A DNA stretch of 64,000 bases from an uncultured SAR86 cluster bacterium (lineage in GTDB: Bacteria; Pseudomonadota; Gammaproteobacteria; Magnimaribacterales; AG-339-G14). Positions 19,431-29,743 of this stretch are shown here, piece by piece. The DNA lies in the NCBI GenBank assembly GCA_902624765.1, contig CACNYO010000002.1, forward strand, positions 10,875 through 74,874, read 5' to 3'. The notes beneath the pieces were generated by a model. The model saw only the letters and a list, made by a program, of their open reading frames with translations. It did not search any database and was not told the DNA's origin. Positions within the stretch are counted from its first letter, which is position 1. Each line of letters opens with the position of its first letter. Made by a program: the position numbers and the translations under genes.

Positions 19431-20124
19431 ACTTAAAAATATAAAAAAAAGCTTCAAGAAAAAAGAAATTTTGCATGGAATTAATCTTCAAATAAGGTGC
19501 TCTGAAATATTTGGTCTTCTAGGGCCTAATGGAGCTGGAAAAACAACTTTATTTTCTTTAATTTCTGGATTAGAAATCACTTCTTCAGGAAAAATTTTTC
19601 TTGATGAATTCGACATTACTTTTAAAGATATTTCCTACAGAGCTTCAAAAGGAATAATTTATTTACCGCAAGAACCATCAGTTTTTAGAAAACTATCAGT
19701 AGAGGATAATATCAAGGCTGCTCTTCAGACTAAGTTCAACAATAATGAAATAGTGAAAAAATATAAAAGTCTGATGAATGAATTTGATCTTTTTGATTTA
19801 GAGAAACAATTATCTGAAAACCTTTCAGGCGGTCAAAGAAGAAAACTGGAAATAGCAAGAGCTTTTGCCCTTGAACCTAAATTCATTTTATTAGACGAGC
19901 CTTTTGCTGGAATTGATCCTTTAACAATAAATGAAATAAAAAAAATTATTTCTAAACTAAGTTCCAAAAATGTTGGTGTCATAATAAGCGATCACAACGC
20001 ACAAGCAACACTAGATATTTGTGACAATGTTGCAGTCATAAACGATGGAAGAATAATTGCATCGGGAAGTCCTTCAAATATAAAAGATAATAATACTGTT
20101 CAACAAATATATTTAGGAAATTGA
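19417..20124 (+). CDS. lptB: LPS export ABC transporter ATPase
   Basis: GLLGPNGAGKTT, YLPQEPSVFRKLSVEDN, LSGGQRR, LLDEPFAGIDP. Confidence 0.97.
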   Translation: METLELKNIKKSFKKKEILHGINLQIRCSEIFGLLGPNGAGKTTLFSLISGLEITSSGKIFLDEFDITFKDISYRASKGIIYLPQEPSVFRKLSVEDNIKAALQTKFNNNEIVKKYKSLMNEFDLFDLEKQLSENLSGGQRRKLEIARAFALEPKFILLDEPFAGIDPLTINEIKKIISKLSSKNVGVIISDHNAQATLDICDNVAVINDGRIIASGSPSNIKDNNTVQQIYLGN

Positions 20125-20208
20125 GATTTGATACCGCAACTTGCGTAGGATTAATATCAGCGAATGTGAGAGATATTCTGAGTTTTACTTTTTTAGGAAT
20201 TTCTTTTT

Positions 20209-20721
20209 TTATGCATGAGTATATTTTCTTCTTATAAGTCTTAATAACCCAAACAAAATAGGCCAGACGAGAGCTGAAATTAAGCTATTAAATATAATTG
20301 CTAGGATCACAAAAAAACTAAATTCTTGAAAAAAAACATAAAGGATTAATAGATAAAGAATTACGATGGTTGCTATTAGTATGGATTGTTGTATTTGAAA
20401 CATCGCCCTTATCCTATGAAAATATCTTTGAGTTAAATAAGAAATAAATAAAAATAAAATTACATGAGTTCCTAAAAAATATCCCAAATTTAAATCTAAT
20501 AGAATCCCTGAAATGAAAGACCAAGAAAGGCCAATATTTTTTGGTAAAGCAATATTCCAATAGATAAGAATCATCAAAGTAATTGGAATAGAAGATCCAT
20601 AAATTTCATAGGAAAAAAAATTTAAAAATGATTGAAAAAAAACTCCTAAAATAAGTGAAATACCGATTGTTAATTGAGTAGAGAGAGTTTTATTGGGATT
20701 TTTTGAAGAAAAATATGCCAT
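20209..20721 (-). CDS. mreD: Rod shape protein MreD
   Basis: Polytopic; LIYW...GILLDL...LGTH; follows mreC. Confidence 0.9.
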   Translation of the reverse strand: MAYFSSKNPNKTLSTQLTIGISLILGVFFQSFLNFFSYEIYGSSIPITLMILIYWNIALPKNIGLSWSFISGILLDLNLGYFLGTHVILFLFISYLTQRYFHRIRAMFQIQQSILIATIVILYLLILYVFFQEFSFFVILAIIFNSLISALVWPILFGLLRLIRRKYTHA

Positions 20722-21566
20722 TAGGGTAAGGTTAACAAAATTTGATCGCCAGAACTGAATTCTGCGGTACCTAAGACTTCTATCTCTAAAAATTCATTAT
20801 TTGTTGTTTCTGAAATTTTATTAACTATCCCAACATTAATACCTTTGGGATATTTTTTTCCGAGACCGGAGGTTACAAGTTTGTCGCCAGGAATAATATC
20901 TTCATTTTTCTTCAATCCTTTAATCAAAAAATTTTGAGGTACGTCAGTACCAACCAAAATCATATTTGAATTTGTACGTCTATTTTTAATAGGTATTTGA
21001 GAATCTTCAGCAAAGATTGGTTTAATTTCTACCTTTGAACCAGCTGATAGCTCAACTGAGCCTATTAAACCTGTCCAATTAAAAGCAATCATTTGATCTG
21101 CTTTTTGATTCCTATCAATGCCCACAGTCATTGAAGGTTTGGGAGCATAATTTATTTCTTCAATTTCACCGTAGATATAATTTTTTTTACTTGTTTGTTC
21201 TAGAAATCCTAGTAACTTTTTAAGTTCTACATTTTCTTGTAAAACTTTTTCATAATTAACTAGATTGAATTTTTGAGAATCAATATCTTTTTTCAAACGA
21301 AGTATTTCGTTTTGTAGAATTTCCCTGTCTTTAAAATAATCAGATAAAGAGATCCAACCTCCTCTTATAAATTGGGGGATGTAAATAATGGGTTCTGTGG
21401 CAAATCCAACGTAAATCTTAATTTTTTCGCCCATATTAAATCGAACATCAACTGCAAGAATAAGGATAGCTAATAATATGGAAGGCACAACTCGTGAAAG
21501 TCTCATGGAGCCGGTTGTGAAAATGGCTTTTTGAGCAATTACAGCTTGCTTATGCTCCTTGACCAT
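20721..21566 (-). CDS. mreC: Rod shape protein MreC
   Basis: TM, coiled coil ENVELKKLL, GDKLVTSGLGKKYPKGINVG. Confidence 0.93.
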   Translation of the reverse strand: MVKEHKQAVIAQKAIFTTGSMRLSRVVPSILLAILILAVDVRFNMGEKIKIYVGFATEPIIYIPQFIRGGWISLSDYFKDREILQNEILRLKKDIDSQKFNLVNYEKVLQENVELKKLLGFLEQTSKKNYIYGEIEEINYAPKPSMTVGIDRNQKADQMIAFNWTGLIGSVELSAGSKVEIKPIFAEDSQIPIKNRRTNSNMILVGTDVPQNFLIKGLKKNEDIIPGDKLVTSGLGKKYPKGINVGIVNKISETTNNEFLEIEVLGTAEFSSGDQILLTLP

Positions 21567-21577
21567 AAAAGACTATA

Positions 21578-22618
21578 TTAATCAGTAGATAAAAGGTCAA
21601 TGTCGTATTTGTCCATAATTTCAAGTGCAACACCACCACCTCTTGCAACGCAAGTAAGAGGATCATCTGCCGGGATAACTGGTATCCCGGTTTGTTCTGA
21701 AATCATTACGTCAAGATCTCTTAGAAGAGCTCCTCCACCGGTAAGAACAATTCCTCTCTCAGAAATATCTGAACTCAGTTCAGGTGGTGACTGCTCAAGA
21801 CCATTCTTAATTGCTTGCAAAATAGAGGATAGTGGACCAGACATTGCTTCATATACTTCTAAGCTAGAAATAGAGAGAGTATTAGGAACTCCCTCTGCTA
21901 AATTACGTCCTCGAATTTCCATCTCTTGAAGCTCACTCTCAGGAGTGGCGCAACCAATAGTCTCTTTTATCCTTTCAGCAGTTGATTCACCAATGAGAAT
22001 TCCGTACTTTCTTCTAAGATAAGAAATTATTGATTCATTAAGTCTATCTCCTCCAGTTTTCAAGGAATTTGAATAGACAACCCCATTGAGGGCAAGAATT
22101 GCTACTTCAGTGGTACCTCCTCCTATGTCAACCACCATAGATCCAAAAGCCTCTTCGACAGGCAGTCCTGCTCCAATTGCAGCTGCCATAGGCTCTTCTA
22201 TTAATCTTACTTCTCTTGCTCCAGCTCCAAGCACAGACTCTCTAATTGCTCTGCGCTCTACTTGTGTTGACTGACAAGGAACACATACGAGGATTCTTGG
22301 GCTAGGTCTCATGAAATTGTCGCCATGGACTTGTTGTATAAAATGTTGAAGCATCTTCTCTGTAACTTGGAAGTCTGCTATGACTCCATCCTTTAAAGGC
22401 CTTATAGCTTCAATATTTCCTGGAACTCTTCCTAACATTCTTTTTGCTTCGGTTCCAACTGCTACCACTGTTCGAGCCCCTTCCGTTTTTCTGATGGCAA
22501 CTACACTAGGTTCATTAAGGACAATCCCTTTATCTCGAACATAAACAAGAGTATTTGCTGTTCCAAGATCAATTGATAAATCATTGGAGTATAATCCTCT
22601 AAAATATTTTAGTACCAT
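21578..22618 (-). CDS. mreB: Actin-like MreB
   Basis: [38 protein letters not shown]. Confidence 0.99.
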   Translation of the reverse strand: MVLKYFRGLYSNDLSIDLGTANTLVYVRDKGIVLNEPSVVAIRKTEGARTVVAVGTEAKRMLGRVPGNIEAIRPLKDGVIADFQVTEKMLQHFIQQVHGDNFMRPSPRILVCVPCQSTQVERRAIRESVLGAGAREVRLIEEPMAAAIGAGLPVEEAFGSMVVDIGGGTTEVAILALNGVVYSNSLKTGGDRLNESIISYLRRKYGILIGESTAERIKETIGCATPESELQEMEIRGRNLAEGVPNTLSISSLEVYEAMSGPLSSILQAIKNGLEQSPPELSSDISERGIVLTGGGALLRDLDVMISEQTGIPVIPADDPLTCVARGGGVALEIMDKYDIDLLSTD

Positions 22619-22697
22619 TGCTTTCTCGTTTTATAAGCGAATCGTATCAATGCTGTGTCGATGGAGCAAGAAATAGCAGTAAAATAAAATTTAAAAA

Positions 22698-22985
22698 ATG
22701 ACAATAGACGACAAAACTTTAGAAAATCTTTCAAAATTATCTAAGATTAAAATCGACGAAAATCTCAGAAATAAACTCAGAGAAGATCTCAATTTAACTA
22801 TTAATATGATTGATGAAATTAATAAAATTGATTGTGATCAAATTGAAGAATTAAGTCATCCGATAAAAGATAACTTTAATTTGAGAGAGGATAAGGTTTT
22901 CAAAGAAATTGATAGAGAAAGTCTTCAAAAAACTTCAAATAAAACTGAAGACGGATTTTACCTTGTACCAAAAGTTATTGAGTAA
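22698..22985 (+). CDS. gatC: Asp/Glu-tRNA amidotransferase subunit C
   Basis: 95 aa, LREDKV, C-terminal YLVPKVIE; precedes gatA. Confidence 0.93.
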   Translation: MTIDDKTLENLSKLSKIKIDENLRNKLREDLNLTINMIDEINKIDCDQIEELSHPIKDNFNLREDKVFKEIDRESLQKTSNKTEDGFYLVPKVIE

Positions 22986-24404
22986 ATGGATTTAGAAACT
23001 TTAACTCTTCAAGAGCAGATAAGCGGCTTAAGAGATAAGAAATTTTCTTCAGTAGAATTAGTGGAAAATTATATTTCTGTCATAGGGAATAATGAAGATC
23101 TCAACGTCTTCGTCTCTAATGATTTTGAGAGAGCAATTGCGAAAGCAAAGAAATCTGATAGCTCTAATAATATTCAGCAAGACATGCCTTTGAATGGAAT
23201 ACCAATGGTACATAAAGACATTTTTTGTACCGAAGGAGTCAAAACATCTTGTGGATCAAAAATGTTGGATAATTTTTATCCTCCCTACTCTGCAACAGTT
23301 GTTGAGAGGTTAGAACAGGCTGGGTCAATTTGCTTAGGAAAGGCAAATATGGATGAATTTGCTATGGGATCTTCTAACGAAACAAGCTTTTATGGCGCCG
23401 TAAAAAATCCACTAAACAAACAAAAATCTCCTGGAGGCTCTTCAGGTGGATCTGCAGCGGCTGTTGCAGCGAACTTTAGTAGCTTTTCAACTGGAACAGA
23501 TACGGGAGGATCCATAAGACAGCCAGCTTCTTTTTGTGGTTTGGTGGGAATAAAGCCAACTTATGGAAGAGTATCTAGATATGGGATGATTGCTTTTGCA
23601 TCAAGTCTTGATCAAGGAGGAATACTTGCTAAAAATATTAAAGATACTGCAATCGCTCTTCAATATATATCTGGGTATGACCCTAAAGATGCTACTTCAA
23701 TAAAAACAAAAGTTCCCAATTTTTCTGAAGATTGTGAATCAGATAAATTTGAGCATGTCGTTGGTTTGGCTACTAATTTAATTAATTCTTTTGGAGATGA
23801 AAATTTATCAAAGAATTATAGTAAGGCCATAAAAAGGCTAGCAAAATTAAAAATTAAGACGAAAGAGATTGAATTACCAAATTTAGAACTATCCTTACCT
23901 GTTTATTATGTAATTGCTCCTGCCGAATGTTCAGCTAATTTATCTAGATATGATGGGATAAGATTTGGATATAGGGCTGAAAATGTGGACAATCTCGAAG
24001 ATTTGTATTTTAAGTCCAGAGGAGAAGGTTTTGGAAACGAAACAAAAAAAAGGATACTTATAGGAACTTATTGCTTATCCTCAGGATTTTACGACGCTTA
24101 CTATAAAAAGGCGCAAAAAATTAGAAACCTAATTTCAAGTGATTTTGTTAATGCATTTAAAGATGTTACTTCGATAATGTTGCCTACAACATCTGGAGAA
24201 GCTTTTGATTTAGGTTCAATAACTGACCCTATAGAAATGTACAAACAAGATATTTTTACTATACCTGCAAACCTTGGTGGATTGCCTGCTATATCAATTC
24301 CATTTGGAGAAAAAGATAATATGCCTCTTGGAATTCAATTCATAGGAAATATTTTGGAAGAGTCATCGCTTCTGAATATTTCCAACAAATTTCAGCTAGA
24401 TTAA
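22986..24404 (+). CDS. gatA: Asp/Glu-tRNA amidotransferase subunit A
   Basis: GKANMDEFAMGSS, PGGSSGGSAA, GTDTGGSIRQPA, NLSRYDG. Confidence 0.98.
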   Translation: MDLETLTLQEQISGLRDKKFSSVELVENYISVIGNNEDLNVFVSNDFERAIAKAKKSDSSNNIQQDMPLNGIPMVHKDIFCTEGVKTSCGSKMLDNFYPPYSATVVERLEQAGSICLGKANMDEFAMGSSNETSFYGAVKNPLNKQKSPGGSSGGSAAAVAANFSSFSTGTDTGGSIRQPASFCGLVGIKPTYGRVSRYGMIAFASSLDQGGILAKNIKDTAIALQYISGYDPKDATSIKTKVPNFSEDCESDKFEHVVGLATNLINSFGDENLSKNYSKAIKRLAKLKIKTKEIELPNLELSLPVYYVIAPAECSANLSRYDGIRFGYRAENVDNLEDLYFKSRGEGFGNETKKRILIGTYCLSSGFYDAYYKKAQKIRNLISSDFVNAFKDVTSIMLPTTSGEAFDLGSITDPIEMYKQDIFTIPANLGGLPAISIPFGEKDNMPLGIQFIGNILEESSLLNISNKFQLD

Positions 24405-24406
24405 AA

Positions 24407-25846
24407 ATGAAGGATAATTGGGAAAGTGTAATTGGACTAGAAATTCATGTTCAGCTGAATTCAGAATCTAAAATATTTTCAAATGCTCCTACTAAATTTG
24501 GATCTGATCAAAATCTACAAGCTTGCGAAGTCGATCTTGGCATGCCAGGTACTCTTCCTGTTTTGAATGAAAAAGCTATTGAAAAGGCTATAAAATTCGG
24601 AGTTGCTATTAACGCAGAAATTGCCAAAAAAGTTGGATTTGCTAGAAAAAACTATTTTTATCCTGATCTGCCAAAAGGTTATCAAATTAGCCAACTTGAT
24701 GATCCTATAGTTGGCAAGGGATCAATAGAAATTCAATTAGGAGATCAGGAAATAAAAACAATAGGCATAACTAGAGCTCACCTTGAAGAAGATGCAGGTA
24801 AATCGATACATGATTTATTTGAAAATGAAACAGCGATTGATCTTAATAGAGCAGGAACACCTTTATTGGAAATTGTCTCTGAGCCAGATATGTCTAGTTC
24901 TGAAGAGGCGGTTGCTTACTTAAAAAAGATTCATTCTATAGTTTGTGCTTTGGAAATTTCTGATGGAAATATGTCTCAAGGTTCAATGAGATGCGATGCG
25001 AATGTATCTGTAAGAAAAAAAGGCGATAAAAAATTAGGAACAAGAACTGAACTTAAAAATATTAACTCTTTCAAATTTGTCGAAAAAGCGATTAATTTTG
25101 AAATAAAACGCCAAATTTCTTGTTTGGAAAAAGGAGAAGAAGTAGTTCAGGAGACTAGGTTATATGATTCGGCAAATAATACGACTAGGTCAATGAGATC
25201 GAAAGAAGAAGCAAATGATTATAGATATTTCCCTGAACCAGACATAATCCCTATTCAAATAACATCCGATCAAATCTTAAATATAAAAAAGGAATTACCA
25301 GAACTACCTGATGAAAAAAAAGAGAGATATATAAATGAATTAGGTCTATCTGAATATGATTCGAGAAACCTTACATATGATTTACAACTTGCAGATTTCT
25401 TTGAGAAGGCTTTGATTAATTTTGACGATCCTAAGCTTTTAGCCAATTGGATACTAGGGGACTTTTCAGCCATATTAAATAAATTTGATGTGGAAGCTAA
25501 TAACTCAAAAGTTGATTCGGTCAAATTCGCTGAACTACTGTCTTATCTCAAAGAAGAAAAAATCTCTGGGCAAGCTGCAAAAAAGGTTCTGGAAAATATA
25601 TGGGAAAATCCAGATGTGTCAGTGTCCAAAAGCATCCAAGACCTTGGTTTAGAGCAAATATCAAATGATACTGAAATTGAACAGATAATCGAAAAAGTTA
25701 TTAATGATAACCCTACTCAAAAAGAGCAATTTCTTTCTGGAAAAGATCGTTTATTTGGATTTTTTGTAGGTCAGGTAATGAAGGAATCCAAAGGTAAGGC
25801 TAATCCTAAGCTTGTAAATGAGATTCTAAAAAAGAAATTAGTCTAG
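24407..25846 (+). CDS. gatB: Asp/Glu-tRNA amidotransferase subunit B
   Basis: IGLEIHVQL, RKNYFYPDLPKGYQISQ, HLEEDAGK, DYRYFPEPD, GFFVGQVMK. Confidence 0.99.
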   Translation: MKDNWESVIGLEIHVQLNSESKIFSNAPTKFGSDQNLQACEVDLGMPGTLPVLNEKAIEKAIKFGVAINAEIAKKVGFARKNYFYPDLPKGYQISQLDDPIVGKGSIEIQLGDQEIKTIGITRAHLEEDAGKSIHDLFENETAIDLNRAGTPLLEIVSEPDMSSSEEAVAYLKKIHSIVCALEISDGNMSQGSMRCDANVSVRKKGDKKLGTRTELKNINSFKFVEKAINFEIKRQISCLEKGEEVVQETRLYDSANNTTRSMRSKEEANDYRYFPEPDIIPIQITSDQILNIKKELPELPDEKKERYINELGLSEYDSRNLTYDLQLADFFEKALINFDDPKLLANWILGDFSAILNKFDVEANNSKVDSVKFAELLSYLKEEKISGQAAKKVLENIWENPDVSVSKSIQDLGLEQISNDTEIEQIIEKVINDNPTQKEQFLSGKDRLFGFFVGQVMKESKGKANPKLVNEILKKKLV

Positions 25847-26295
25847 GTAACATACATAGTAAGAGCTTCGGCTACATATGCTGGTTTTTCTTGCCCTTCT
25901 ATTTCCATTTTTATCTCATTTTTAACCAAATACCTTCCATCCCCTTTATCGTCTACAGATAACAGGGTAGCTTTTGTTCGAACCTTTGAACCAACATTTA
26001 CAGGCGTAAGAAATCTAACCTTGTCTAAACCATAATTAAAAGCCATTTTCATATTATCAGGAGCTACTTGAGGAGCAGGCATTCCAGCCATCAAAGATAA
26101 TGAAAGGAAACCATGAGCAATGGTGGAACCAAATAATGGAGTTGCCTTTTCTGCATCGACATGAATGAATTGATGATCTAATGTTACATCAGCAAATTGA
26201 TTTATTCTGTCTTGATCAATTTCCAGCCAATCTGATGTGCCCATATCTTTCCCAATATAATCTTTTAAAGTATCTGCTGGTACTAATCCCGCCAT
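25843..26295 (-). CDS. MaoC-family (R)-hydratase/dehydratase
   Basis: FADVTLDHQFIHVD, TIAHGFLSLS, NYGLDKVRF hot-dog fold motifs. Confidence 0.92.
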   Translation of the reverse strand: MAGLVPADTLKDYIGKDMGTSDWLEIDQDRINQFADVTLDHQFIHVDAEKATPLFGSTIAHGFLSLSLMAGMPAPQVAPDNMKMAFNYGLDKVRFLTPVNVGSKVRTKATLLSVDDKGDGRYLVKNEIKMEIEGQEKPAYVAEALTMYVT

Positions 26296-26296
26296 T

Positions 26297-27923
26297 TCAA
26301 TCTCCTTTTTTAATTAAATGATTTTTATAATCTTCTCTTAAACCTGTTTTTAATAATTTTCCTGTTGCGCCGTGAGGTAAATCTTCAATGAAGATCACAT
26401 CATCAGGCAACCACCACTTTGCAACTTTATCAGAAAGATACTCTAAAACAGATTCTTTTGTACATTCGTCAGAATTTTTAACGATAAACAGAAGAGGTCT
26501 TTCATCCCATTTTTTATGAGCAACTCCAACGACACAAGCTTCCAATACTCCAGGACATCCAAGAGCAGTATTCTCTAGATCAATGGAACTAATCCATTCA
26601 CCTCCAGACTTAATTACATCCTTGCTCCTATCTACTATTCTCATGTATCCATCTGGCGAAATTGTTGATACATCTCCAGTATCAAACCAACCATTTTCTA
26701 AAGCACTTTCTGTTGACTTGTAATATCTTTCAATTATCGCTGGACCTTTAACCATTAACCTGCCAAAAGTTTTCCCATCGTTAGGCAAAGTATCTCCTTC
26801 ATCATTAACAATTTTAATTTGGCATCCATATATTGCTTTACCCTGACTAGTTTGAAGCTCATAACGATCATCCAAATCCATCAAATCCATCTCTGCTGTA
26901 TCTTGATTTAATGTACCTAAAGGACTCATTTCGGTCATTCCCCAACCATGCAAAAGAAAAACATTATGTTTTTCTTGGAAGTCTTTTATCATCGACTTTG
27001 GAGCAGCAGATCCACCAACTAATACTGAATTTACATTTTTTAAAGTAATGTCTTTTTCATCTAGATAATTAAGCAACCCAAGCCATACCGTAGGAACACC
27101 AAGCAAATTATTAACTCCTTCATCTTTAATCAATTCGTAAATAGACTCTCCGTCAGTAAAAGGTCCAGGAAATACTAATTTACATCCAAGCATGCTTGCT
27201 GCATAAGGAACCCCCCCAGGCATTAACATGAAACATAGGAACAACCGGGAGAACAACACTTTTTGAGTTTAAATTCATCGCATTACCTGCGCTCGAATAC
27301 CATGCATGAAGTATTGTAGATCTATGAGAATATAAAACTCCTTTGGGGTCTCCTGTTGTGCCAGATGTATAACATAAAGAAGATGCTGTGTTTTCATCGA
27401 AAGTTGGCCACACAAATTCTTCACTTTCTTCTTTAATTAACTCTTCGTAACAGATCAAATTTTCTAACTTTGAATCTTTGGGGAGGTTTTCTTTATCGCA
27501 TAAAACAATAAAGCCTTTCACATTTTTTAAATTTTTAGCAACTGCCTCGATTATTGGTATAAAAGGAAGATCAACAAAAAGATACTTGTCTTCAGCATGA
27601 TTAACAATGAAATCTATCTGCTCTGGAAAAAGCCTAGGGTTTAAAGTATGCAATACTGCTCCAATCCCAGAGATTCCAAAATAAAGTTCAAAATGTCGGT
27701 AGCCATTGACAGCCATTGTGCCGAGAACATCGCCTTCTTTAACTCCTAAGTTAACTAAGGCATTGGCAAGCTGCTTTGATCTTTTTGCAGCATCTAAAAT
27801 AGAATATCTATGAATGTCTCCTTCAACTCTCTTGCTTACTATTTCAGTTTTAGAATTATTTTGAATTGCATGCTCAAGAATTCCTGAGATGAGCAAAGGT
27901 TCAGTCATCATATTACCCAGCAT
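26297..27923 (-). pseudogene. Acyl-CoA ligase (DmdB/long-chain fatty-acid-CoA ligase-like), split by a +1 frameshift (error or real)
   Basis: ORFs 27180-27923 (YTSGTTGDPKG, PMFHVNAWG) and 26297-27259 ([30 protein letters not shown]) join if one C is removed from the C7 run at 27211-27217, giving 541 aa. Confidence 0.85.
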
Positions 27924-27938
27924 AATTACCTCTTTTGA

Positions 27939-28997
27939 TTAATATTTATTGAAAGTCTGACTTACTAATGGAGAATATCTTCGATGCAAGTAAGTTTCAA
28001 TAGTCTGCTTAGATTTAAAATTTTTTATTAGCTCTATGTCATTTAAGGCTTGCACTAAATAAGGTTTCCATTCCAAAAACAAATTGTCATCTGTAGTCTC
28101 AAAAACTGCTTTCTTAATATCTTTTGAATTTCTAATCATTTTATTGATTTCAGATTTATTGATATTTTTAAATGGACTATCAAATAAAGGAAGCAGTTCA
28201 CTGGGTAAATTTATCTTTTTTTTCTTATCAAAAACTTTACCTATTAAAAATTCATCAGTGTTTATGAGGCCGGTACCATTAATAACGTGTCCATAAGGAT
28301 TACCTCTAAAAAAATCCCTACCCGTAATATCGCCTAAAAAAAGCCTTGTAGGACAATAATCGTTTGCATAAAAATTATCCCAAATAACCACAGGATTCTT
28401 TATTACTTGACCTAGCTCTTTGAGGTGGTCTTGAGAAATAAAATCGCTAATTACTTTTGGACCCGTCCAAAGAAAAAATAAATCATTATTTATGGTTTCT
28501 GATACTCCTTCGAGATACTTATCATTTTGAATTCCTTTTTTAGAAAAGCTTTGGCAATAAATTGATGGACAAAACCATCCCTTACTAAAACCCAACTTAG
28601 TAGTCACATCTGAAATTAGTTCGCCGTGAAATTTACCTAAATCCTTGTCATCAGATTCTATTCCAATGTTATTTATATCAATATCATCAAACAATAAACC
28701 CACCTCAGAAAACCCTTTATCAATGGCAAAATTAAACTTTGACAACAGAAGGTTGAAATCTTTCTTAGATTTTCTATTAAAGTCTGCTCCTGGAGATAGC
28801 GTATAAACTTGAGTAATATTTTTGGGAATGCTACGTGCTTCAAGAGATTTATCTTTTATTCGCCATTTTTGCCTAATGTAAGAATCTTCTTTTGGCGCAT
28901 AGATGTAATGGGTAATATTGCTATTCTTAAAACTATAATCGGTTTTTTTTGGCTTTCTGTTATAAAAACCTTCTATGAATCCTCTGATTTTCATCAT
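27939..28997 (-). CDS. GH84 O-GlcNAcase-like beta-N-acetylglucosaminidase, no signal peptide
   Basis: RGFIEGFY, YIYAPKED, LLFDDID (catalytic DD), FCPSIYC, WTGPKVIS, IWDNFYANDY, RLFLG. Confidence 0.88.
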   Translation of the reverse strand: MMKIRGFIEGFYNRKPKKTDYSFKNSNITHYIYAPKEDSYIRQKWRIKDKSLEARSIPKNITQVYTLSPGADFNRKSKKDFNLLLSKFNFAIDKGFSEVGLLFDDIDINNIGIESDDKDLGKFHGELISDVTTKLGFSKGWFCPSIYCQSFSKKGIQNDKYLEGVSETINNDLFFLWTGPKVISDFISQDHLKELGQVIKNPVVIWDNFYANDYCPTRLFLGDITGRDFFRGNPYGHVINGTGLINTDEFLIGKVFDKKKKINLPSELLPLFDSPFKNINKSEINKMIRNSKDIKKAVFETTDDNLFLEWKPYLVQALNDIELIKNFKSKQTIETYLHRRYSPLVSQTFNKY

Positions 28998-29743
28998 TAA
29001 AGCTCACCACAAATTTTACATTGCTTGTTTTTTTTAAAAGTTATTTTCCTGCTTAAATTATCTTTGAAATCATGATCTTGGAAAATTTGGCAGTTCTTGG
29101 ATATCTTGGTAATGGTTTTTATTGTTTCTGAAGCTAACATTGAACCAATTATTCCTACTATTGGAGAAAATATTGCTGATTCTGTACAGCTTAAGTCTTC
29201 AGAAGATGTATCTTCAAATAAGCATTCATAACATGCGCTATCATTTTGAAAATCAAATTTCATAAGCTGCCCTTTCCACTGAATGCATGAACCAGAAATT
29301 AAGGGTATTTTATTTTTATAACAGTAGTTATTTGTATACCTTCTGGTTTCAAAATTATCAGAACAATCTATAACAATTTTGCTCTTTGTTATTTCATCAG
29401 GAACATTATTTTTTTCAAAACTTTGTCTGAATTTTTTTATATTCACATCAGGATTAAGTCTCAATAAAGATGTAACTGCAGCATCGACTTTGAAAGCATT
29501 CAAGTCCTCCTCGCGAAATAAAATTTGCCTTTGTAAATTACTTAGATCAACTTGGTCAGGATCAAAAAGGTTTAAGCTTCCAATTCCGCTTGCAACCAAA
29601 TACTGCGAGCAGGCGCACCCCAAACCGCCTACTCCAATAATCGTGACAGTAGAATTTTTTAGTAGCCTTTGTCCCTCTACTCCTATATCTGCAAGCATGA
29701 TGTTTCTGCTGTATTTCATCATCTCCTTTTCACTAAAGTTCAC
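28997..29743 (-). CDS. moeB: MoeB/ThiF-family adenylyltransferase
   Basis: YSRNIML, GVGGLG, SNLQRQ, DCSDNF, CYEC and CKIC zinc motifs. GTG 29743 overlaps the prmC stop (track start 29767). Confidence 0.88.
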   Translation of the reverse strand: MNFSEKEMMKYSRNIMLADIGVEGQRLLKNSTVTIIGVGGLGCACSQYLVASGIGSLNLFDPDQVDLSNLQRQILFREEDLNAFKVDAAVTSLLRLNPDVNIKKFRQSFEKNNVPDEITKSKIVIDCSDNFETRRYTNNYCYKNKIPLISGSCIQWKGQLMKFDFQNDSACYECLFEDTSSEDLSCTESAIFSPIVGIIGSMLASETIKTITKISKNCQIFQDHDFKDNLSRKITFKKNKQCKICGEL

